Source of the DNA: an uncultured Gemmatimonadales bacterium
GTDB taxonomy: Bacteria; Gemmatimonadota; Gemmatimonadetes; Longimicrobiales; RSA9
Direction of reading: 5' to 3'
Assembly: GCA_963708135.1 (NCBI GenBank)
Contig: OY970192.1
Location: 3,040,001-3,104,000, forward strand
Length of the DNA stretch: 64,000 bases
The notes under the pieces were generated by a model. That model saw nothing but the letters and a program-made list of their open reading frames with translations, was not told the origin of the DNA and ran no database searches. The translations under genes were made by a program, and so were the position numbers. Every line of letters begins with the position of its first letter. Position 1 is the first letter of the stretch. Positions 9,796 to 21,100 of this stretch are shown here, in pieces.

Positions 9796-10839
9796 TCACG
9801 AGCTCAACGCGCAGTATCCGCCGCTGGCGTTCACCCAGTTCTGCTGGACCAGGAAATCCTTCGTGCCGAGCCTCATGTTGGCCGTCGCGCCGTTGGACGT
9901 GTAGGTGGTGCCGAACGTCCATGCGCACTTGTCGGCGTTCTCGTAGCCGCGACGGTCGTACCACGCGTTGCCGTTCATGTCCGTCGTGGTCTCCTCCGTC
10001 TCGTGCGCCAGCGTGTTGACCTCGGCATCCGCGCCGTAGTCGTTGTTGGCGGAGCCGGCGCTGCCGAGAACCGAGCAGGAGCTCGGGTAGGCATAGTCGT
10101 ATGGCATGGCCGCGTACAGCACCGTCTTTGACTGCCCGTTCACGCTGACCGTGGCCCAGCCGTGGTAGGCGCAGTACTGCGAGCCGAAGCCGCCGCCGAG
10201 ATTGACCTTCCCCGCCGTGAAGATCGCGTACAGCGTGCTCGCGTCGTAGCTGAGCTTGCCCGAGTCGAAGCCGCTCTGCAGCATGGCGATCATCTGGCCG
10301 TCCGAGACGCTCTGCGAGCCGGACGGCGCGTTGGTGTTGTTCGCCCAGAAGCCGCTGTACGTCACCGAGTTCGCGATGCTCCCGCCGGACCCATCCGTGT
10401 ACGTGCTGTTGATGCCGAAGTACGGCGAGCCGCCCAGGTGGCTCAGGAAGTAGCCGATCAACGAGCCGTCCTGCGAGGCGCTGCCGGTCGCGCCCGGCGC
10501 CGGTCCGCCGTTGTAGATCGTGCTACCCGCCCAGTACACGGCCACGACCTTCGTCCCCGAATGGAGCACCGGGCCGCCGTGGTAGTCGATCCCGTTGCTG
10601 GTGCTGTGGTGGCCCCCGCCGCCCCCACCGCCCGGCCTCGCGCCATGCGCGGCGTTGAAGTCGATCGCCGCCTGCGCCCGGGTCGGCATGACGTGGACGT
10701 GGGCGTTCATCCAGCCGGGCTGGACCTGCACCGCGGCGGAAAGAGGGGGGGTGGGATCGGTCAGCGGCTGGGTCGAGTCCGAGCAGGCGGACAACGCGGC
10801 CAGGCCAACCGACGCTGCGACGAGCGCGGTTACACGCAT
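9796..10839 (-). CDS. Lipoprotein with phosphate-induced protein 1 (PHI-1/EXORDIUM)-like domain
   Basis: Lipobox LSAC; IDYHGGPVL, YCAYH, LAHETEETTTD, NAWYD, ENADKCAW, FLVQQNW. Confidence 0.75.
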   Translation of the reverse strand: MRVTALVAASVGLAALSACSDSTQPLTDPTPPLSAAVQVQPGWMNAHVHVMPTRAQAAIDFNAAHGARPGGGGGGGHHSTSNGIDYHGGPVLHSGTKVVAVYWAGSTIYNGGPAPGATGSASQDGSLIGYFLSHLGGSPYFGINSTYTDGSGGSIANSVTYSGFWANNTNAPSGSQSVSDGQMIAMLQSGFDSGKLSYDASTLYAIFTAGKVNLGGGFGSQYCAYHGWATVSVNGQSKTVLYAAMPYDYAYPSSCSVLGSAGSANNDYGADAEVNTLAHETEETTTDMNGNAWYDRRGYENADKCAWTFGTTYTSNGATANMRLGTKDFLVQQNWVNASGGYCALSS

Positions 10840-11098
10840 GTGCGTGGACCTCCATGAGAGGAACGAACGGTGTGGCTGGTTCGGTTTCGTCAGCCGCGAC
10901 GAGGGCCGGGTGAAGCACTTGCGGGGAGGCAAGCGGGATCGTGCAACCGGCCGGGCCGACAGCGAATGATGGCGCCGGTCGCGGCAGCCGTCAAGCGTGG
11001 CGGCGGCCGGCCCTAAACAGACGTTCACGGGCGACCGGGCCGCGACTGCCGCCGCCGCGCGACGGGACCGCGCCGGCGCAGCGGGTCCGGCGAGTCGC

Positions 11099-11959
11099 TC
11101 AGGACCAGACCCGGACGAGCCCCTCCTGCGCGACGGACGCGACCAGCACGCCCTGGCGGGTGAAGATGCTGCCGCGCACGAAGCCGCGGGCGCCGGCGGC
11201 CGCGGGCGAGTCGATGGAGTAGAGCAGCCAGTCGTCCACGCGGAAGGGGCGATGGAACCAGAGGGCGTGGTCGAGAGTGGCCACCTGGACGTTCGGCTGG
11301 CGGAAGGAGAGGCCGTGGGGCAGGAGCGCGGTGCCGAGCAGGCCGTAGTCGGAGGCGTAGGCGAGGATCGCCTGGTGGTGCAGGAGCTCGTCGCCGACCT
11401 CTCCGATGGCGCGGATCCACATGTGGCGGAGCGGCGGGCGCGGCTCGGGGTCGAAGGGATCGACCATGGAGACGGGGCGGAAGTCGATCGGCCGGTCCTG
11501 GGTCAGGACGGGCCGGAGCGCCTCGGGGATGCGGTCGGCCATGGCGCGGATCGCCTCCACCTCGGACTGGAGCGTCTCGGGCGCGGGCACGTCGGGCATC
11601 GGCTGTTGGTGCTCGACGCCGGGCTCGAGCTTCTGGAAGGAGGCGGACATGTTGAAGATGGCGCGGCCGTGCTGGATGGCCGTGACGCGCCGGGTGGTGA
11701 AGCTCTTCCCGTCGCGCAGCCGGTCCACGAAGTAGACGATCGGCAGCGCGAGCTCGCCGGGGAGCAGGAAATAGCCGTGCATCGAGTGCGCCGGCCGGTC
11801 CTCCTCGATCGTGCGGCGGGCCGCCACGAGCGACTGCGCGAGCACCTGGCCGCCGAAAACCCGTCCGGATCCGATGTCGCGGTTCAGGCCGCGGAAGATG
11901 TTGTACTCGATCGGCTCCATGTCGAGCAGCTCGATCAGATCCTCCGCCTGGAATCTCAT
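11099..11959 (-). CDS. tesB: Acyl-CoA thioesterase II
   Basis: RVFGGQVLAQSL, HSMHGYFL, RLRDGKSFTTRRV, ATLDHALWFHRP, VASVAQEGLVR. Confidence 0.93.
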   Translation of the reverse strand: MRFQAEDLIELLDMEPIEYNIFRGLNRDIGSGRVFGGQVLAQSLVAARRTIEEDRPAHSMHGYFLLPGELALPIVYFVDRLRDGKSFTTRRVTAIQHGRAIFNMSASFQKLEPGVEHQQPMPDVPAPETLQSEVEAIRAMADRIPEALRPVLTQDRPIDFRPVSMVDPFDPEPRPPLRHMWIRAIGEVGDELLHHQAILAYASDYGLLGTALLPHGLSFRQPNVQVATLDHALWFHRPFRVDDWLLYSIDSPAAAGARGFVRGSIFTRQGVLVASVAQEGLVRVWS

Positions 11960-11996
11960 GGCTCTCCCCCCTTCAACGCCCCCGGCCCACCAGTAA

Positions 11997-12028
<32 letters not shown>

Positions 12029-12257
12029 CCACCCACACCCTCAGCCATACCCCTACCCGCACCCTGTCGTAACGGAAGTCCCCCCGTCCCCCGCGTCAAG
12101 ATGCCGGCCCCGCCGGCGGCGCCGCGAAGCGGCGCCCGACCGCCCCCGAGCGGGGCCGCGTCAGCCTTGACCCCCGCGCCCAGGCGGCAGCAATTTCGAT
12201 GACGGTTCGGCCCCGATTCCGCTCCCTCCCCCGGGGCCCGCCGCCCGCGGAGGTTTC

Positions 12258-13208
12258 ATGCCCGCCCGTGAACAGCGTTCGATCCTGGCCATCCTCGCCG
12301 GCGTCCTTGCCATGGTCCTCGCGTGGATCGAGGCGCGCGGCGCGCACGCCGCGCTGCCCGCGTTCGCGCTGCGCGCCGCCCTCGTCGTCCTGCTGGTCGG
12401 CCCCGCCGCGGTGCTGCCGCACGCCTTCCGCTCGCGACAGCCGGCGGTGGCGCTGATGTACGCGCTGTTCCTGGGGGGCGCGTTCGCCGCGGCGGGCGGG
12501 TGGCTCGAGCGGGCCGACGAGCTCGTGCTGGCGGGTGCGTACTACGCGGTGCCGGGCGTCTTCCTGGCGCTCGCGATCGGCCTGGTCCCGATCCACTGGC
12601 GCGACCGGAGGCGCGACGCGCGGGCCACGCGCGAGGACGAGGCGCGGGCCCGGGTGGGCCGGATCCAGTGGCGCCTCTGGACGGGCTCCGCGCCCGTGGC
12701 GGATGCGGAGATCAGGGAGGCGATCGAGGCGCTGGCGGCCGCGGCGCCAGCGGACGATGAGGAGGCCGCGGCGCTGCTCTTCTCGGCCGTGGCGCCGATC
12801 GCGGGGCGGCGACCGGCGCTCGCGGAGCCGCTTCTGCGGCCGGCGCTCCGGCCGCTCACGCGGCTGGGGCTGCGGCGTGCCGAGACGGTGCTCCACTGGC
12901 TCGACCCGGCGCTGGGCCCCTGGTCGGCGATCGAGCTGGACGACACGGGCCGCACGTGGATCGGGCAGGAGCTGCCGCGCGAGGCCGAGCTGGTCCAGCG
13001 GCTGCTCGACGAGGCCGCGGCGGCGGAGCCGGGCGCGCGGCGGAGGCCGGCGGAAGCCCGCCTGCGCCTTGCCGAGGCGCTCGCGGCCGCCGAGCGGTGG
13101 GAGGAAGCGGCGAAGCTCTTCGAGGAGCTGATGGAGGAGGCGGACCCGCAGGAGGTTCGGCAGATCGACGCGGCACGCGCCCGGGCGCTCGCCCCGCGCC
13201 GGCGCTGA
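12258..13208 (+). CDS. Hypothetical membrane protein with C-terminal TPR-like helix
   Basis: GGAGG RBS, four N-terminal TM segments, ARLRLAEALAAAERWEEAAKLFEEL. Confidence 0.6.
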   Translation: MPAREQRSILAILAGVLAMVLAWIEARGAHAALPAFALRAALVVLLVGPAAVLPHAFRSRQPAVALMYALFLGGAFAAAGGWLERADELVLAGAYYAVPGVFLALAIGLVPIHWRDRRRDARATREDEARARVGRIQWRLWTGSAPVADAEIREAIEALAAAAPADDEEAAALLFSAVAPIAGRRPALAEPLLRPALRPLTRLGLRRAETVLHWLDPALGPWSAIELDDTGRTWIGQELPREAELVQRLLDEAAAAEPGARRRPAEARLRLAEALAAAERWEEAAKLFEELMEEADPQEVRQIDAARARALAPRRR

Positions 13209-13246
13209 CGTGGCCGCCGCGGGGCGTCTTCGGCCCCCCGCCCGCT

Positions 13247-13873
13247 CTAGTGGACGATCCCGGACAGATCGAGGTGGGCGTGGCCGTGGGCACCGGCGCC
13301 GTGGGCGTGCAGCCCGGCCACGGCCTCCGCGCGCAGGTTGGCCAGCGCGGCGGTGCCGTGGGCGAGCGCGGCGTCCACGCGCGCCATCGCCACGTCGGAC
13401 GCGTAGCCGAGCTGAACGAGCGTGCCGAGGGTGGCGGTGGCCAGGGCACGGCGGTCGGCGGGCGCGGTCCGCGCCACGTGCGCCACCGCATCCTCGTGGG
13501 CGCCAGCCTGGAGGGCGTCGGCGGTGACGCTCAGGTCGCCGGCCGTGGCGCCGTGGACGCCCGCCCGCGAGAGCACGGTCTGCGCGTGCTGGAGCCCGTT
13601 CAGCCGGGCCGCGACGGCCGCGGCGATGCGGTCCTCGGAGACGCCCTTGGCCTTACCCTCCGCCACCTTGCTCTCGAGGAGCGACGTCGGGATCCCGGCC
13701 TTGGCCGCGCCCTCGATCATGGCCTGGATCCGGGCCTGCGCCTGGGAGCGGGGTGCCGTGGCGCTGGTGGTGGCCGTCGCGTCCGAGGATGTCTTGGCGC
13801 TCGAGGGCTCCTGGGCCGCGAGCGCGGCCGGAACGGCCAGGCTCGCCACGAGCAGCAGGGTCGTGCGTGTCAT
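13247..13873 (-). CDS. Secreted hypothetical protein of the ECF operon
   Basis: Signal peptide, GGAGG RBS, co-oriented with the ECF sigma. Confidence 0.65.
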   Translation of the reverse strand: MTRTTLLLVASLAVPAALAAQEPSSAKTSSDATATTSATAPRSQAQARIQAMIEGAAKAGIPTSLLESKVAEGKAKGVSEDRIAAAVAARLNGLQHAQTVLSRAGVHGATAGDLSVTADALQAGAHEDAVAHVARTAPADRRALATATLGTLVQLGYASDVAMARVDAALAHGTAALANLRAEAVAGLHAHGAGAHGHAHLDLSGIVH

Positions 13874-13940
13874 GGTACCTCCCCTTCCAGATATTCCGTT
13901 CGGTCCTCAACCATCAAGACGATCGAGCGCCCCGCCGGCG

Positions 13941-14528
13941 TCACATCGGCAGCCCATCCTCCTCGAGAAGCCGGGCGCGCAGCGCCTCGCGGGCCCGGTG
14001 GACCCGCATCTTCATGGCGCTCGGCGTGACGCCGGCGATGTCCGCCATCTCGTCGTACGCGTAGCCGGCCAGGTGCTTGAGCAGGAAGGCATCGCGGAGC
14101 AGCGGCGGCAGCGCGTCGAGCGCGCCGGCGAGCGTCTCGCGCAGATCATCCTCCCCGGCCGGTATCACGGCGAGGGCGACGTCGCCTTCCGGCTGCAGGT
14201 CCAGCGGGACGTGGGAGCGGCGGATGTCGCGCAGGTAGTCGAGGCAGCGGTTCCGGACGATGCGCAGGATCCAGGCGCGGAAGCGCGACGGATCGCGGCA
14301 CACCTCGATCGCGGTGTACGCCTTCACCAGCGCGTCCTGCGCGACGTCCAGCGCCGCGTCGTGGTCGAGCCCCATGCCGCGGGCGTGGCGGTACAGCGCA
14401 TCCTGGTGGCGCCGCACGAGCGTGGAGTAGCACTCGCGCTCGCCCGCCCGCACGCGGGCGACGAGCTCGGCGTCCGTGGGCGCGGGACCGCCGCGCTCCG
14501 GGTCGGGATGGCGCCGGGCGAAGCTCAT
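13941..14528 (-). CDS. ECF-subfamily RNA polymerase sigma factor
   Basis: DAELVARVRAGE, DVAQDALVKAY, FRAWILRIVRNRCLD, region 4 YDEMADIAGVTPSAMKMRVHRAR. Confidence 0.92.
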   Translation of the reverse strand: MSFARRHPDPERGGPAPTDAELVARVRAGERECYSTLVRRHQDALYRHARGMGLDHDAALDVAQDALVKAYTAIEVCRDPSRFRAWILRIVRNRCLDYLRDIRRSHVPLDLQPEGDVALAVIPAGEDDLRETLAGALDALPPLLRDAFLLKHLAGYAYDEMADIAGVTPSAMKMRVHRAREALRARLLEEDGLPM

Positions 14529-15682
14529 CCGCGCACCACCAGCACGGCCACCTCGCCGCCCATGCCATCGTCGGTGCGGCCCGGTACCGAAGCGGGCACG
14601 AACCAGGTGCCGTCCGCGTGAACGAAAGCGTAGTGATAGACGCCGGGCGGAATCGGCACGCGGTAGATCCAGCGCCCGCCATCCCGCTGCATCGGCGCGG
14701 GCTTCCAGTGGTTGAAGTCCCCGGCGATACGCGGCCGCTCGGGCGAGTCATCGACCGGCAGCGCGATCAGCGCCGTGCCGTTCCTGTAGGCGGCGGGTAC
14801 CGGCGCCGGTGGGGTGTCGGGAGCGCCCAGTCGGTAGCTCAGCCCGATCCCCCAGGAGGTGTGCGCGGGGATGCCGTAGAGCGGGTCCCAGGTGTCACGG
14901 GCGGCGCTCGCGATGACGCCGGCGCGGTCGCTCAGCGCCAGCTCGGCGCCTACGGACCAGGGGACACCGGACCCGGGCCCTGAGAGCCAGCTCCCGACCG
15001 AGCCGCGCAACGTCAGCCGCGAGAGCGCCACCGCCGCCGCGGCGCCGCCGTACGCGGACACGCCTTCCGCGGCGTCGTAGCGCCGGGCCTCGGCGCGCAG
15101 CAGGACGGTGGGCACGGGCGTGAGCACGAGCGCGGCATCCCCGAGCCGGACGTTGCGGGAGCGGTCGGTCGAGTCGAGCGCGGCGTGAAAGCGGGACAGC
15201 CCGTAGCGCGCCTCGAGGCGGGCCGGCCCGAAGGCGACGCCGGCGACCGGCAGGGCCTCTCCGGCGAGCGCCCACCCGTGCACCGTCCGGTCCGACGTGG
15301 TGGCGCGCCGCGGCCCCGGCAACGGGAAGGGCGTGGTGGTCTCGGTGACGCGCTGCTGCTCGACGAACCCGCTGCCGGCCAGGTCGATGCCGAGGATGAG
15401 CGGGCCGGGCCGCAGCGCCAGGCGGCGGCCCACGCCGCCGCCGCCCCAGAGCGCGTCGCCCTGCGCCAGCGGGATGCCGGCGGAGAGATCCAGCCAGCCG
15501 GCGCGGTCTGTGTAGCCGGCGCCGAGCAGCAGGCCGGCCGAAGCGCCGGTGGCCGCGGCGCCGTCGTAGGTCATGCGGCCGGCTCGCGCCGAGACGCTCC
15601 ACCGCTGCGCGCGCGCGCCGCCGGCGGCGGCGAGCAGCGCGAGCAGGGTGGCGGCGGGCAGGAGCCGGGCGCCCCGGATCAC
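14525..15682 (-). CDS. Exported beta-rich protein with C-terminal glycogen-binding (CBM48-like) domain
   Basis: Signal peptide; IAGDFNHWKPAPMQR...PGVYHYAFV...DDGMGG. Confidence 0.75.
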   Translation of the reverse strand: MIRGARLLPAATLLALLAAAGGARAQRWSVSARAGRMTYDGAAATGASAGLLLGAGYTDRAGWLDLSAGIPLAQGDALWGGGGVGRRLALRPGPLILGIDLAGSGFVEQQRVTETTTPFPLPGPRRATTSDRTVHGWALAGEALPVAGVAFGPARLEARYGLSRFHAALDSTDRSRNVRLGDAALVLTPVPTVLLRAEARRYDAAEGVSAYGGAAAAVALSRLTLRGSVGSWLSGPGSGVPWSVGAELALSDRAGVIASAARDTWDPLYGIPAHTSWGIGLSYRLGAPDTPPAPVPAAYRNGTALIALPVDDSPERPRIAGDFNHWKPAPMQRDGGRWIYRVPIPPGVYHYAFVHADGTWFVPASVPGRTDDGMGGEVAVLVVRG

Positions 15683-16383
15683 AGCGCGTCCCCGGCCTGT
15701 GGCGGCAGCACGGCGATGCGGCTGTTGGACCCGCCGAACCCGTCCTCCACGCGCGACGCCACGGGATCGGCCACCCAACGCCGGCCATCCACCACGAAGG
15801 AGTAGTCGTAGAGGCCGGGGTCGAGCGGAATCTCGACCGACCAGATCCCGGGCGCGACCTGGTGCAACGAGATCGAGGGCTTCCAGCCGGTGAAATCGCC
15901 GGCCAGCGCGACATCCTTCGCGCCCGGCGCATCCAGCCGGAAGTGCACGAACACCCGCGCGGCCACGCTCGCGGCCGGCGCCGCGGCGCGCGCAGGGCCG
16001 CGCCGGCCGACCAGCAGCAGGGCCAGGAGCGCGGCCGCGCCCACCAGGGCGTACGCCGGCCGCAGCCGCAACGAGAGCGCGCGCGGCGCCCACAACCAGG
16101 CGAGCGCCTCCCGCCACGCCGACTCCCGGTGCCACCGGTCCTTCTGCCGGTGCACACGGTCCACGCTCATGTGCGCCGCCGCCGCCAGCACCTCGATGCG
16201 CCGCATCACGGCAGGCGCGAGATCGGAAGGCACCTCCCCCGGCACGGCCCGCAAGGCCGCATTGATCGCCTCCTCGTAGCACTCGCGCTCCGCCGCCTCT
16301 TCGGCGCTCAGCTCGTCCGCGTCGAGCTCGCCGTCGAGCACGCGGTGCACCCGCTCCTGCATACGTCCTCCCTCTGCTGCCAT
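15679..16383 (-). CDS. Putative anti-sigma factor with CBM48-like domain
   Basis: N-terminal anti-sigma-like helix (RVLDGEL), one TM, VALAGDFTGW...PGLYDYSFVVDG..WVADP..DGFGGSNS. Confidence 0.75.
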   Translation of the reverse strand: MAAEGGRMQERVHRVLDGELDADELSAEEAAERECYEEAINAALRAVPGEVPSDLAPAVMRRIEVLAAAAHMSVDRVHRQKDRWHRESAWREALAWLWAPRALSLRLRPAYALVGAAALLALLLVGRRGPARAAAPAASVAARVFVHFRLDAPGAKDVALAGDFTGWKPSISLHQVAPGIWSVEIPLDPGLYDYSFVVDGRRWVADPVASRVEDGFGGSNSRIAVLPPQAGDAL

Positions 16384-16549
16384 CCGGGGTCCTCGCCACG
16401 CTCCGCGCCGCGTCCCTCCTGAAGGGGCGACGAGCGAGCGCAGCGAATCGTCACATCGGCCACGGGAAGGAGCGTGCCAGCCGCGGGCCGGTCGCGCCCG
16501 CTGGCGCGCGGGAGCCCGGCCGGCCGGGTGGCGGCCGGGCTCGTCTTCG

Positions 16550-17954
16550 CTACGCGTTCAGCAGCAGGTGAACCCAGATGGCGGCGGCATACCCCAGCGC
16601 CACGGCCCAGGTCCAGCGGAGGTGCGAGCGGAACGTGTAGGCGCCGCGGGACTGCCCCATGAGCGCTACCCCCGCCGCGCTGCCGATGGCGAGCATCGAG
16701 CCGCCCACGCCGGCGGTGAGGGTGACGAGCAGCCACTGCGCGAGCGGCATGGCGGGGTGCATCTCGGATGACGGAGAACATGACGGGGATGTTGTCGATC
16801 ACCGCGGAGATGGCGCCCACGACCACGTTGGCAGGGGTGGCGCCGACGCCGGTATAGAGGGCGCGGGAGAGGCCGGCGAGGTAGCCGATCGTGGCCAGTC
16901 CGCCGACGCACATGATGACGCCGTAGAAAAACATGAGCGTGTCCCACTCGGCGCGCTGCAGGATGCGGAAGATGTCGAACACGCGCTCGGGGGAGGCGCC
17001 GCCGGCGCCGGCGGCATCCACCTCGAGGGGTGCGGCGCCCGCGATCGGCGCCGTCTCGAGCAAGGCCCGCCGGCGCAGCCAGAAGCCGTACATGTTCAGC
17101 AGCCCGAGCCCGGTCATCATCCCGAGCACGGGCGGCAGCCCGAGCAGGTTGTAGAAGGTGACCGTGATGACGATGGTCACGGCGAACAGCACCACCGCGG
17201 CCAGGCCACCGGGCCGGATGCGCACGCGCTCGGCGTCCGCCGCCGGCTTCCCGGCAGGCAGCGCGAGCGAGAGGATGACGGCGGGCACCAGCCAGTTGAC
17301 CACGGAGGGGACGAACAGCCGGAAGAACTGCCAGAAGCCCACCAGCCCGGCCTGCCACACCATCAGCGTCGTGATGTCGCCGAAGGGGCAGAAGGCGCCC
17401 CCGGCGTTGGCCGCCACCACAATGTTGATGCACGCGAGTGGCAGGAAGCGGCGGTCACCCTTCCCCACGGTCAGCGCGACGGTCCCGACCACCAGCGCGG
17501 TGGTCATGTTGTCGATCATCGCCGAGATGAAGAACGCGAGCAGCCCCGTGGCCCAGAACACGGCGCGCAGCGAGAAGCCGCGCCGCACCAGCCAGGAGCG
17601 GAACGCATCGAAGACGAGCCGCTCCTCCATCGTATTGACGAACGTCATGGCGACGAGCAGGAACAGGAAGATCTCGCCGAAATCCTCCAGGTTCCGGCGC
17701 GCGAAGGCCGCCGCGGTCAGGGTGTCGCCGCGCAGCGCGTACGCTACGCCGATCAGCCCCCAGATGATGCCCGCCGCCAGCAGCACCGGCTTGGACTTCC
17801 GCAGGTGCAGCTTCTCCTCGTTCATGACCAGGAGATAGGCGACGACGAAGAGCGCCAGCCCGGCAATGCCGGTCCAGTGCCGCGTCAGGTCCAGCGGCCG
17901 CCCCGCCACCGCTTCCGCGGCCGCCGCGGCCTGACCGAATACGACTGATGTCAT
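16550..17954 (-). CDS. nhaD: NhaD-type Na+/H+ antiporter, frameshifted near 16765
   Basis: HLRKSKPVL, AANAGGAFCPFGDITTLMVW, ISAVIDNIPVM; C-terminus (QWLLVTLTAGVGGSMLAIGSAAGVALMG) is in another frame. Confidence 0.85.
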
Positions 17955-18140
17955 GCCTGAGCGCCCTCCCGATCGGCGGCACCGGCACGCATGGCCGCGG
18001 AATGCGGCACCGCGCCGGTCCCACCACGCTAGGTCTGCGCGCGCCGACACACCAGCGGGAAAACCCCTTCACTCTGTAGGGAGTCGGGGCCGCGTGCGCC
18101 GCGGCCGCCGGGGAGCGCGGGGGCGCCGGCGGGCGGCGCC

Positions 18141-21100
18141 TCAGTCGTCGCCCGGGGCCGGAGCGGGATGAGGCTCCCCGTGCGGCCGGGCGCGGCCGAG
18201 CCGGACGAGCACGCGCTCGCGCCAGTCGTCGAGGATCTCGTAAATGGTGGGGATGACGATCAGGGTAAGCATCGTCGAGGCGATGACGCCGCCGATCACC
18301 GCGCGCCCCAGCGGCGCCCGGAAGTCCGCGCCCTCGCCCGCGCCGAGCGCCACGGGGAGCATGCCGGCAATGAGGGCGAGGGTGGTCATGATGATCGGCC
18401 GCAGCCGGATTCGGCCGGCCTCGATGAGGGCGTCGCGCGTGGTCGCCCCGCCACGCTCGCTCGACCACTTGGCGAAGTCGATGAGCAGGATCGCGTTCTT
18501 CACCACGATGCCCATGAGCAGGATCACGCCGATCAGGCTCATGAGGTTCACGGTGTCGCGCGTGACGATCAGCGCGATCACCACGCCGATCAGCGAGAGC
18601 GGCAGCGAGATCAGGATCGCGATCGGGTCCAGGAAGGAGCCGAACTGCACCACCAGCACGAGGTACATGAGCATGACGGCGATGCCGAGCGCCAGGAAGA
18701 TATCGCGGAAGACCTCCTGCTGGTTCTCGACCTGCCCGCCGTACGAGACGCTGTAGCCCGGCGGCATGGGCACCTGCCGCAGCCGCCCGCTGATCGCCTG
18801 CGTGACCTCCCCCAGCGGCCGGCCCTCCGTGTTCGCGCCCACCGTGACCACCCGCTCGCGCTGGTAGTGATCGATCTGCGCCGGGCCCACGGTGGGCGTG
18901 ATCGTCGCGATCTGCCGCAGCGGGATAGTCTCCGGGCCTCCGGCGACGCCGCCCGCCGCCGCGCCGCCCGCGCCTCCCGCGCCGCCCGCGCCGCCCGCGC
19001 CGCCCGCGCCTGCCGTGCCGCCCGCGCCTGCCGTGCCGCCGCCGCCCACCACGATCGGCAGCTGCGCGATGTCGCCGGCGTTCTCGCGGTAGCGGCGGGC
19101 GAGCCGGACCTCGACGTAGCGGGTCTGCCCGTCGGGATCGACCCAGGTTCCGGCGTTCACGCCGGCGAAGGCGGCGCGCAGGGCCTGCGCGACCTGGGCG
19201 AGGCTGACGTTCATCGTGGAGGCGAGGGCACGGTTCACGTGCACGTCGAACTCCGGCTTCTGCCCCTTGGTGGAGAGGCCAACGTCCACGGCGCCGGGCA
19301 CCTTGCGAACGACCGCGGCGAGCCGCTCGGCGAGGGCGGTGAGGCGGTTCGCGTCGGGTCCCGTGACCTGGAGCTGGACCTGCTTCTGGTTGCCGCCGAA
19401 GCCGCTGGCGTAGGTGTAGGCGGTGACGCCGGCGAGGCTGCGCAGGCGGGCCCGGATGCGGGCGCTGAGGGCGGCCTGGCCGATCGAACGGTCCGCCTTC
19501 GGCACGAGGCGCACGTAGACGTTGCCCTGGTCCCACACGGTGGCGCCGGTCGAGGCGCCGACGGTCGTGTAGGTGTAGGCCACCTGCGGGAAGCCGCGCA
19601 CCAGGCGCGCGACCTCCTCGGCCTTGATGGTGGTGTAGTCCAGGTTGGAGCCGGGCGGCGTCTCGATGGCGATGTTGAGCTCGCTCCGGTCGCTCTGCGG
19701 CACGAACTCGAAGCCGCCGACTACGCGCTGCAGCACGAGCGCGAGGATGAAGGAGCCGACGGCAATGCCGATCATGGCGGCGCGGTGGTCGAGCGCCCAC
19801 GCGATGACACCCTTGTAGCGGTCGGCCTGGTGGTCGAACCAGGCGTTGAAGCGGGCGAGCGTGCGCGCGATCGGGTTGCGGAGCTGGTGCCGCTCGAGCT
19901 GCGGGTCTGCCCAGTAAGCGGACAGCATCGGGTCGAGCGAGAAGGAGACGAACAGCGAGACCAGCACCGCGCACGCGATGGTCAGCGCGAACGGCTTGAA
20001 CCACTGCCCGGCCATCCCCGACATGAACGCGACGGGCACGAAGACGCAGATGATGGAGAAGGTCGTGGCCGCCACGGCGAGGCCGATCTCGTCCGTCCCC
20101 TCGTAGGCCGCGGTGGTGTGGTCCACGCCCATCTCGATGTGGCGCACGATGTTCTCGCGCACGACGATCGCATCGTCGATGAGGATCCCGATGGCCAGCG
20201 AGAGCCCGAGCAGCGACATCGTGTTCAACGTGAAGCCGAACGCCCACACCGCGATGAAGGAGGCCAGCACGCTGACCGGCAGCGCAAGGCCCGTGATGAC
20301 GGTCGAGCGCCACGAGTTCAGGAACATGAAGACGACCAGCACGGTCAGCAGCGCGCCCTCGATCAGCGCGTCCTCCACGTTCCGCACCGACTGGCTCACG
20401 CGCACGCCGGCGTCGCGGACCACCTCGATGGTGGTGCCCACCGGCAGCCGCTTCTCGATCTGCGCGATCCGCACCTTCACGGCATCGCTCACCTCCGTCG
20501 TGCTGTACTCGCGCGCCTTGATGATGTCGAGCCCGATGGCCTCCCGCCCGTTGTAGAGCGCGGAGGAGCGAGGCTCCGCATGCGTCTCCCGCACGTCCGC
20601 CACCTCGCGCAGCCGCACCAGCTGCCCGCCGCGCGTGGCCACCGCGATGTTCAGGAACTCTTCCGGCCTCGACAGCCGCCCCTCCAGCCGGATCGCGCGC
20701 TGCTGCAGCGGCCCGTTCACGCTCCCCACCGGCGCCGCCAGGTTCTGCGTCGCGAGCGCCTGCACCACCTCCTGCACGCTGACACCCGCCGCCTGCAGGC
20801 GCGCCGGCTCCAGCGCCACGTCCATCTCCGCGCTGTCCGCGCCCACCACGTTCACCTGCGCCACGCCCGGGATCGAGCGCAGGTCGCCAGTGATCCCCGG
20901 ATCCGCCAGGGCCGTGAGCTGCGCGGCCGTCAGCGTCTTCGATGTCAGCGTCAGGGAGACGATCGGCATCTGGTTCGGGTCGAAGTGCTGGATGATCGGC
21001 TCCATCGACTCCGCCGGCAGCTGGTTGCGGATCTCGGAGAGCGCGTCGCGTACCTCCTGCGTCGCCTGGTCGATCGGCTTCGAGAACACGAACGTGACCG

